NCBI GenBank assembly: GCA_963752285.1 | Contig: CAVVXN010000005.1 | Location: 1,952,001-2,016,000 of the forward strand | Direction: 5' to 3' | DNA length: 64,000 bases | From: an uncultured Planctomycetota bacterium | GTDB lineage: Bacteria; Planctomycetota; PLA2; JAEUHO01 | Part shown: piece by piece, positions 57,305 through 64,000 of the stretch | Position numbering within the stretch: position 1 is the stretch's first letter | Layout: every line of letters starts with the position of its first letter | Translations under genes and position numbers: made by a program | Notes under the pieces: model-generated | Seen by the model: the letters and a program-made list of their open reading frames with translations, nothing else | The model's database searches: none | Told to the model about the DNA's origin: nothing

Positions 57305-58504
57305 TCACCCGGTGACGGTGATCACGATCTCGTCGATGCGCCCGAAGCCCTTCCGTCGTTCCTTGTCGAACATCTGGAAGGCGAGCTTCCACGTCCCCCC
57401 CACGCGGGGCGTCGTGAGCTTGAACTTCAGGTCGAGCTCCTTGCCCGGCTCCGTGAAGTGGCGCGAGGCCAGCGGGATCTCCACTTCGAACTCGTGGGGG
57501 TCGTCCTCGGGGCCGGAGACGTGCTTCTCGACGGTCACCCGCAACACGAGCGTCTTGTACTCGTTCCAGGCCGAGTGCCCCTTGTTGCGGACCCTCACCT
57601 CCACGGGGAACGACCGTCCGCCGGCGATCTCGACCTCGTCGGACTTCCCGTTGACCTTGATGGACGTCACCTGGGCGTCGAGGTCGCGATCCACGGTCAC
57701 CTTGGCGGTCTCCGGGTCGCCGAAGGGATCGCCCTTGAAGGTCATCGTGCACGTGAGCTCGTACTCGCCCGACCAGGTGGGCACCGGCAGCGAGTCCGAG
57801 AAGGTGTGCGACTCGCCCGGCCCGACGTCCTTGCCGCGCAGCGGCAGCTCGAGGCGGAACGTCTTCAACACGTCTTCGGCGTCCTTCGGGCCCTTCGTCG
57901 CCTCGAGGACCATGACGAAGTCGTCGCCCTTCCCCTCCCACTGCCGCTTGCCCGTGTTCTTCGTCGTGACGTAGACGCGCGACTCGCGGCCGGGGTCGAG
58001 CTTCGAAGCCACGTCGAGCTTCGTGATCGAGGCATCGAGGTCGCCCGTGACGAACACCTTGGCGTCCCCGACGTCGCCGAACTTTTTTCCCTCGTACGTC
58101 ATCCAGCAGGAGAGGGTCCAGCGTCCGTTCCATTCGGGCGCCTCGACCTCGCCGTGGATGGTGGCCCGCTCCTCGGCCTCGAGCGCGTCCTTCCCCGCGA
58201 GCGCGTCGGCCTCGAAGCCGAATTCGTCCCGTCGTGCCGGCGCCCCCGAGGGGCTCGAGGTGTTCCGACAGACGAGGATCCACTTCTTCGCCTCGCGCCA
58301 GGCGCCGGAGCTCTTGTTCTCGACGATCACCTCGATCTTGTACTTGCGGCCGGGCTTCATGGTCCGCGCCACCTCGAAGCGCACGATCCTCGCGTCGAGA
58401 AGCTGGGGCGGCTCCGAGGCCCCCGCGGGGGCCGGCGCGAGCGACGCGCCGGCCAGCGCGAGGCCCACGAGCGCCACCAGACCGCGACCGGACGTCTTCG
58501 CCAT
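57305..58504 (-). CDS. secreted protein with three NBR1-like Ig domains
   Basis: signal peptide; three repeats of (V)xNxxxxxW..PG/E..P..G.W/Y.L..M..FG. Confidence 0.7.
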   Translation of the reverse strand: MAKTSGRGLVALVGLALAGASLAPAPAGASEPPQLLDARIVRFEVARTMKPGRKYKIEVIVENKSSGAWREAKKWILVCRNTSSPSGAPARRDEFGFEADALAGKDALEAEERATIHGEVEAPEWNGRWTLSCWMTYEGKKFGDVGDAKVFVTGDLDASITKLDVASKLDPGRESRVYVTTKNTGKRQWEGKGDDFVMVLEATKGPKDAEDVLKTFRLELPLRGKDVGPGESHTFSDSLPVPTWSGEYELTCTMTFKGDPFGDPETAKVTVDRDLDAQVTSIKVNGKSDEVEIAGGRSFPVEVRVRNKGHSAWNEYKTLVLRVTVEKHVSGPEDDPHEFEVEIPLASRHFTEPGKELDLKFKLTTPRVGGTWKLAFQMFDKERRKGFGRIDEIVITVTG

Positions 58505-58624
58505 CGCTGCTCCCTCCACGACGCGCCGGGATCGTACGGACCACCGGAGGGGCGGGCCCGATCGGAACCCGCGCGGGCCACCCCGCCCTCGCGGGCCGGC
58601 CGCCGCCACGGTAGAAGGTCCGCG

Positions 58625-59239
58625 ATGCGACCTCGGCGCCCCCTCGCGTTCCGGTTGCGCTGGGCGTTCGGCGCGGTCCTCGTGGGCCCCGCCGTGCTGC
58701 TCGCGCTCCTCTCGACGCCGTGGCCGTCGCGGCCGGCGTGGATCGCGGTCTCGCTCCACGCCGCGGGCTGGGTGGTCTTCGTGCTCGGCGCCGCCGTCCG
58801 TTTCTGGGCGACGCTCTACGTCGGAGGGAGGAAGCAGCGGAGCGTCGTCGCCGACGGGCCGTACTCGCTCTGCCGCCACCCGCTCTACGTGGGATCCTTC
58901 CTCGTGGCCCTCGCCCTCGGCCTCTTCCTCGAGAGCCTCGTCGTGGTCGGAGCCGTGGCCCTCGCGGCGGCGGCCTACGCGAGGGTCACGATCCCCGCCG
59001 AGGAGCGCGTGCTCTTGGCGGCGCTGGGCGAGCCGTACGCGCGCTACCAGTCGTCGGTGCCACCGCTCCTCCCACGCTTCGCGGGCTACCACTCGCCCGC
59101 GACGATCGAGGTGGACGTCGCCGCGCTCCGGAGGGAGGCGAGGCGCGCGGCGCGCTGGCTGCTCCTCCCCGCGGCGGTGGAGGTCCTCCTCTGGCTCCGC
59201 GCGATGCCGTGCTGGCCGCGGCCCTTCCACCTGCCCTGA
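58625..59239 (+). CDS. isoprenylcysteine carboxyl methyltransferase / PEMT family protein
   Basis: GPYSLCRHPLYVG, EERVL..GEPYARYQSSVP. Confidence 0.9.
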   Translation: MRPRRPLAFRLRWAFGAVLVGPAVLLALLSTPWPSRPAWIAVSLHAAGWVVFVLGAAVRFWATLYVGGRKQRSVVADGPYSLCRHPLYVGSFLVALALGLFLESLVVVGAVALAAAAYARVTIPAEERVLLAALGEPYARYQSSVPPLLPRFAGYHSPATIEVDVAALRREARRAARWLLLPAAVEVLLWLRAMPCWPRPFHLP

Positions 59240-59243
59240 ACCC

Positions 59244-60044
59244 TCACACGACGAACGAGAGACCACGGAGCGCGTCGAAGTAGGTCTTTGCGCGAAGCTC
59301 GATCGTGTGGTCGTCCACGAGGTGGGCGCCCGGGTACCAGGACGCCCAGTACGCGCGCTCCGCGCGCACGAAGCGCACGCGGAGATCGAGGGGCTCGGGG
59401 GGCGTCAGCAGGCATTGCGAGACGTCGCCGAGGAGCGCCGTACGCGCCCCCTCGCGGATCCGCTCCGCGGCCTCGGCGGGGTGGATCGAGACCGTCGAGT
59501 CGCCGACGCCCCGCATCACCGGCACGGTGACGATCGCCTCGTTCTCGGCTCTCACGTCGGCGCAGACCGCCTCGTCTCCCGAGACCATCACGACGGGCAC
59601 GCCCACCGACGCCGCCGCCCACGCGAAGAGGTGGAACTCGGCGACCGACCGGCCGTTCACCTCGATCCGCGCGACCTTCGAGCTCGAGAGCGTGTGCGCG
59701 AGCGGATTCCCGCCCGACCCGGCGCGCGCGTGGTAGCCGACGAAGCAGGCCGCGTCGAACGAGTCCTCGATCTCCTGGACCATCGAGAAGGGGTGATGGC
59801 TCCACCCGCGGATCAGGCGCGCCTCGCGCGGCAGCCGGTCGGCGATCACGTTCCGTCCCGTCGCGTGGGCGTCCTTCACCCAGATCTCGTTCGCGCCCGC
59901 GTCCACGGCGCCCGCGCAGCACGCGGCGACGTGCTCCGTCATGCGGTCGCGCATGGCCGGATAGGCGGGGTGCGAAGCCGTCGCCTCGTCCCAGCTCGAG
60001 ACGCCCGCGATCCCCTCGATGTCCGCGCTGACGTAGACCTTCAT
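59244..60044 (-). CDS. dppA: M55 family D-aminopeptidase
   Basis: MKVYVSADIEG, DAH, VGYH, LAHT, SGD. Confidence 0.92.
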   Translation of the reverse strand: MKVYVSADIEGIAGVSSWDEATASHPAYPAMRDRMTEHVAACCAGAVDAGANEIWVKDAHATGRNVIADRLPREARLIRGWSHHPFSMVQEIEDSFDAACFVGYHARAGSGGNPLAHTLSSSKVARIEVNGRSVAEFHLFAWAAASVGVPVVMVSGDEAVCADVRAENEAIVTVPVMRGVGDSTVSIHPAEAAERIREGARTALLGDVSQCLLTPPEPLDLRVRFVRAERAYWASWYPGAHLVDDHTIELRAKTYFDALRGLSFVV

Positions 60045-60139
60045 TCGCCCACCCGGGTCCTCTCCGCGAGGAACGCGACGAGGGTACACCTCGCGCCTCC
60101 CGGCCGCGCGGGGCCGCCCGGCCCCCGCACCGCCGGATC

Positions 60140-62737
60140 TCACTCCAGGAAGGCGACGTCCCGCCACCTGGCGAGCGCGGCGAGCGTCGGGACGTGGACG
60201 TAGACGTCGACGTCGTGCCCAAAGACGTCGCACCAGCTCTTCCGGCCGGGGAGCGCCATCCGGACCAGGGCCGCGAGCGCCTGGGCCCGCTCCGGCCCCG
60301 AGCGCTCGGCGTCTCGCACGACGCCGACCAGGAACCGCACGCTCTCCGGGTCCGTCACGCGCGCGTACGCACGGGCGACGGGCTCGCGTTCCTCCGTCGT
60401 CCGGCACGCCTCCCAGATGCCCCGGAGGTCGTCCGCGGCCGCGGGACCGAGGAGCCGCGCCAGCGCGGTCGCGGCCGCCGCGCGCCGGCCGTCCGGGTCG
60501 CCCGTCGCCACCGAGGCGCGGATGGCGTCCACCGCGCTCGTGTCGCCCAGCATCCCCGCGGCCAGGATCGCGGCGGGCGCCACGCCGCGCGGCGCGTCGG
60601 CGAGCGCTCGACGGACCTCGGGACGCGCCTTCCCGGCCTCCGACAGACCGACGGCCACGAGCGCGGCGGCGCGGTCCAGCGGGTGGTCGAACGCCGCCAG
60701 GTCGCGGAGGACGTCCTCGGTCGCGGCGGGCCGATGGAGCCGGCCGAGCGCGAGCAGACACCAGCCGCGTTCGGCGGTGCGCGTCGTGTCTTTGATCGTG
60801 CGCACCGCGTGCGCGCGGACGATCTCCTCGGCGCGCGGCCCGCCGATCTCCGCGAGCGAGAGGAGGAGCTGGGCCCGCACGCCCCCGAAGGTCGAGCGCG
60901 ACTTCTCGAGATACGCCGCGACGCGGTCGAGGGCGTCGTCGTCGCCCGCGGTGATCACACGCGGGAGCGCGAGGGCCGCCGCGACCTGGATCGGCAGGAG
61001 ATCGTCGTCCGGCCGCGCGTCGCGGAGCAGGGAGAGCACGGCGTCCCGCTGGTCGGCCGTGGCGACCTGTGCGAGCGCTTCGCCCGCCGCGGCGCGGAGG
61101 GTGTCCGGGCGGCGTCTCTCGGTGAGGATCTCCGCCAGGAACGTCGCGTTCCCGGACGTGCTTCCCAGGCCCAGCGCGCGGACCGCACACACCTCGATCT
61201 CCTCGCGGTGCAGCCGATCGCGTGCGAGGGACTTGCCCGCGTCGAGCACGTGCTCGCGAATCCACGCGGCCTGTCCTCGGTGCCCGAGGGCGAGGACCGC
61301 GTGCGTGCGGACGCGCAGGTTCTCGCCCGTGTCGCGGGCCCGTCGTTCCAGGAGGGCGAGAGACTCCGGGTCGTCGAGCGTCCCCAGCCAAAGGGCCGCG
61401 GTCTCCCGGACGCGCTGGGCGGCGTCCTTCTCCAGGCACGCGCCGAGCACGGTCCTCGCGTCCTCGAGGCCGAGGCGCGCCGTGCCCATCACGGCGGCCG
61501 CTCGGAGCTCCGTGGGCGCGCCGGCGGCGAGCGCCTCGTGGATCAGCGCCGCGAGCATCTCCGGCGCCGGACCCGAAGGGTCCGCCGGCGCCCCATCGGC
61601 TCGGGGGCCGCGCTCCGGGTCCCCGGCCCCCGGCACGTGGAGGTGCGCGAACCCGAGCCACCAGGCCCCTCCGTACATGCGCTCGTAGTACGTGGCCAGC
61701 GGGAGCACCACGCGGTCGGCGCCGTCCTCGTCCGGCGCGCGCGGTCCGTCGCGCCACGGCGGTCGCCCCGGGTTCGCGTGGTCGAGCATCCACGCGACCC
61801 AGCGCGGCAGGGTGGCCGGCACGTCCGCGGTCTCCGGGTCGATCGGAGGCTCCCCCGTGATGGGATCCGTCCCGAGGCGGCGCCAGGTGTCGAGGAGGAG
61901 CGGTCGAACCTCCATCCAGTAGGGGCTGTTGGGGCCGGCGACGTCGCGGAAGCGCTTCGAGCCCGTGCGGAACCCGGCGACGGCCTCGTACTTGTTCACC
62001 CAGTGGTATTCGTACGCCTGGAAGACGTCGATCTCGTGGTCGACGATCTCTCGCCGCAGGGCGCCGGGAAGGTCGGGCGTCGTGGCGAGGAGTCGCAGCG
62101 CGGCCTCGGTGGCGGCCTGTGCGTCGGACCCGGTGTCCGCGGAGATCGCCTCCTCGCTCAGCCAGGCGCCCACCGCGCGCAGCCGATCGGGGTCGTCAGC
62201 CGCGAGCCGCAGCAGCGACTGGAAGAGCGCCTCGTAGAACCCCGGCTCCCGGACGTAGTCCTGGTCCCGGAGGACGCGACGCTTCGCCACGTCCAGGACG
62301 CGCGGCAGGATCGACGGGGACAGGTCGCCCAGGGCGACGGCCGCGCGGACCTGCACCCGATGGCGGGTGTTCACGTGCGTTCCGTGAGGGAGTCGATCGA
62401 GGACCAGGGCGTCGAGCACGGCCGCCTCGAGATCCTGGCGGAAGCTCCGCTCCGCGCTCCGAGCCTCGCGATCCGCCGTGCTGGGGAGCGCGCCCGGGCT
62501 CCGCGCATCGGGCACGAGTTCCCGGGAGGCCTCCATCGCCGCGTCGAGGGCGGCGAGGATCTCTCCCGTCTCGGACCCCGGGCGCCGGAGGAGCCGCCGG
62601 AGCGAGGCGACCCGCTCCAGCGCCTGGGACGCCGGGACGGGCTCGGCCGAGGCGGGCGCTCCGAGCGCCAGCAGGAGCCCGAGCCCCAGAGCGGGGAGGC
62701 CCCGGGTCGATCGCCGGTCCGACGTCGGGTCTCGCAT
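60140..62737 (-). CDS. secreted HEAT repeat protein
   Basis: signal peptide; repeated RAAAVMG, RETAALWLG, RTHAVLALG, RAAALVAVG helices. Confidence 0.75.
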   Translation of the reverse strand: MRDPTSDRRSTRGLPALGLGLLLALGAPASAEPVPASQALERVASLRRLLRRPGSETGEILAALDAAMEASRELVPDARSPGALPSTADREARSAERSFRQDLEAAVLDALVLDRLPHGTHVNTRHRVQVRAAVALGDLSPSILPRVLDVAKRRVLRDQDYVREPGFYEALFQSLLRLAADDPDRLRAVGAWLSEEAISADTGSDAQAATEAALRLLATTPDLPGALRREIVDHEIDVFQAYEYHWVNKYEAVAGFRTGSKRFRDVAGPNSPYWMEVRPLLLDTWRRLGTDPITGEPPIDPETADVPATLPRWVAWMLDHANPGRPPWRDGPRAPDEDGADRVVLPLATYYERMYGGAWWLGFAHLHVPGAGDPERGPRADGAPADPSGPAPEMLAALIHEALAAGAPTELRAAAVMGTARLGLEDARTVLGACLEKDAAQRVRETAALWLGTLDDPESLALLERRARDTGENLRVRTHAVLALGHRGQAAWIREHVLDAGKSLARDRLHREEIEVCAVRALGLGSTSGNATFLAEILTERRRPDTLRAAAGEALAQVATADQRDAVLSLLRDARPDDDLLPIQVAAALALPRVITAGDDDALDRVAAYLEKSRSTFGGVRAQLLLSLAEIGGPRAEEIVRAHAVRTIKDTTRTAERGWCLLALGRLHRPAATEDVLRDLAAFDHPLDRAAALVAVGLSEAGKARPEVRRALADAPRGVAPAAILAAGMLGDTSAVDAIRASVATGDPDGRRAAAATALARLLGPAAADDLRGIWEACRTTEEREPVARAYARVTDPESVRFLVGVVRDAERSGPERAQALAALVRMALPGRKSWCDVFGHDVDVYVHVPTLAALARWRDVAFLE

Positions 62738-62898
62738 CACGCTCCATGAGAACGCGCCCCGCGGCGGGCCGGAGCCGCACGACCCGAGCGCGGGGACACG
62801 CCCCGCGCCACGCCCCGGGTCCATGCGGGACGATTGACCTTCGAGCGACGAGGGGCGATTCTCGCCGCCGCGGCGGCGAGGAGGCGGCGGGGACGGCC

Positions 62899-64000
62899 AT
62901 GGACGAGCGCGAGGCGAACGAAGAGACCCCCCCTCTCGACTTCGTGGTCCTGATGGGCCCTCCGGGCGCGGGGAAGACCCGCCTGGCCGAGCGGGCGCGG
63001 GCCGAGCTGGGGCTCTCCTTCACCTCGCTCGAGCCGGAGCCGATCCGCCCGTTCGGACGGGGCGCGGAGTTCGCCCGTCACAAGAGCGAGGCGCTCGCGA
63101 TCCTCGAGGCGGCGCTCCTCGCTCAGCACCGCCAGGGCCCCCGTCCCGTGCTGATCGAGTCCACCGGGCTGAGCGACCGGCCCATCCTCGAGCGGCTCGC
63201 GACGGACCATCGCGTGGCGCTCCTCCGCCTCGGCGCCTCCGCGTCCACGTGCCTGTGGCGCGTGTCGGAGCGGGCCCGCGGCGTGCACCACGACGACGAC
63301 CTCGACCGCGCGCGCATCCAGATCGACCACTGGTTTCGAACCGTCGCTCCGGGCTACCGGTACGACCGAACGATCTGGAACGACGGGCCGGGCGAGGATC
63401 CCGTCGCCGTCCTGGCTCGATTCCTCGAGGAGCGCCGCCTTCCGGTCCCGACCCGGGCCGCCGCGCTCACGGCTTCCTGGTGCGAGCCGGTGGTGCGGCT
63501 TCGTCACCCTCGCGCGCGCGTCACCGCGGTCGAGACCGAACGGATCGGCGTCGGCTTCGGCCTGGCCAGCGCGATCGATCGCGTGCACCTCGCGGGGCGC
63601 GGCGGACCCGCCACGCTGGTGGTCAAGCGCTGGGACTTCGACGCGACGACCCGCGATCGCGAGATCTTCTTCTACCGACATCTCGCCGAGCAAACGCCGA
63701 TTCGACTGCCTCGCTGCGACCTGGCCCGGCGCGACGCGGGCGCCCGTCGCGGGGTGCTGGTGCTCGAGGACCTGGCGGGAGCGGTCCAGGGCGACTGCCT
63801 CACGAGCCTCGACGTCGAGGGGGCCCGCCGTCTCGTGTCCCTGCTCGCCCGCTGGCACGCGCGCTGGTGGGAAGACGAGACGATCGTCTCGACGGCAGAG
63901 GAGGATCTGCCGCGCGCGGCCCGGACGGAGCGGGACGCGGCCTGGATCGAGGACCGCCGCGCGGGCTTCGAAGAACGCTTCGGGGGACGAATCGCCGCGG
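62899..64000 (+). CDS. P-loop (AAA_33/shikimate kinase-like) domain fused to an APH/EcKinase-like phosphotransferase, running off the window
   Basis: MGPPGAGKT; then IGVGFGLAS, LVVK, REIFFY, LVLEDL, LARWHARWW; read by hand, not in the ORF track. Confidence 0.75.
   Translation, partial: MDEREANEETPPLDFVVLMGPPGAGKTRLAERARAELGLSFTSLEPEPIRPFGRGAEFARHKSEALAILEAALLAQHRQGPRPVLIESTGLSDRPILERLATDHRVALLRLGASASTCLWRVSERARGVHHDDDLDRARIQIDHWFRTVAPGYRYDRTIWNDGPGEDPVAVLARFLEERRLPVPTRAAALTASWCEPVVRLRHPRARVTAVETERIGVGFGLASAIDRVHLAGRGGPATLVVKRWDFDATTRDREIFFYRHLAEQTPIRLPRCDLARRDAGARRGVLVLEDLAGAVQGDCLTSLDVEGARRLVSLLARWHARWWEDETIVSTAEEDLPRAARTERDAAWIEDRRAGFEERFGGRIAA

Noticed and set aside
203..63858. Many long antisense or alternate-frame ORFs (e.g. 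2255..6583, 37542..40661, 42098..46078)
   Set aside because: They are Arg/Pro/Gly-rich shadows of real genes, expected in very high-GC DNA, and carry no recognisable motifs.

Overview
Very GC-rich (roughly 70-75% by eye) bacterial chromosomal DNA, probably Planctomycetota-like. This is an inference from prenyltransferase/squalene-oxidase-repeat proteins, secreted HEAT/vWA proteins and a Ser/Thr kinase-FGE fusion. About 45 genes: an rnc-mfd-surA-like run, a YejABEF-like peptide ABC transporter, two different phosphofructokinases around a COG2403 P-loop enzyme, an NhaP-type antiporter, a B12 radical SAM protein, prfB with its programmed frameshift, pyk/acyP, typA, a LOG protein, an M55 peptidase and tRNA-Pro(CGG). 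The most unusual feature is non-coding. Directly after tRNA-Pro lies a tandem array (53980-55287: one 211-bp unit, two 444-bp units, one truncated unit). Each full unit ends in a copy of the tRNA 3' end whose T-loop is interrupted by a 39-nt hairpin. Units 2 and 3 carry a 240-nt nested segment (partial in unit 4) at a site that is empty in unit 1. This segment folds into long stems whose non-Watson-Crick pairs are G.T or G.A on the + strand. No integrase or transposase was seen in the window. Other oddities: palindromic ~81-bp repeats bracketing a DHFR-family gene, a MITE-like 101-bp element, RNase III with a ~330-aa disordered tail, equal-length insertions in both ABC ATPase halves, a degenerate nucleotide cyclase, and signs of leaderless transcription. 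All assignments come from motif recognition by eye; no database search was run.
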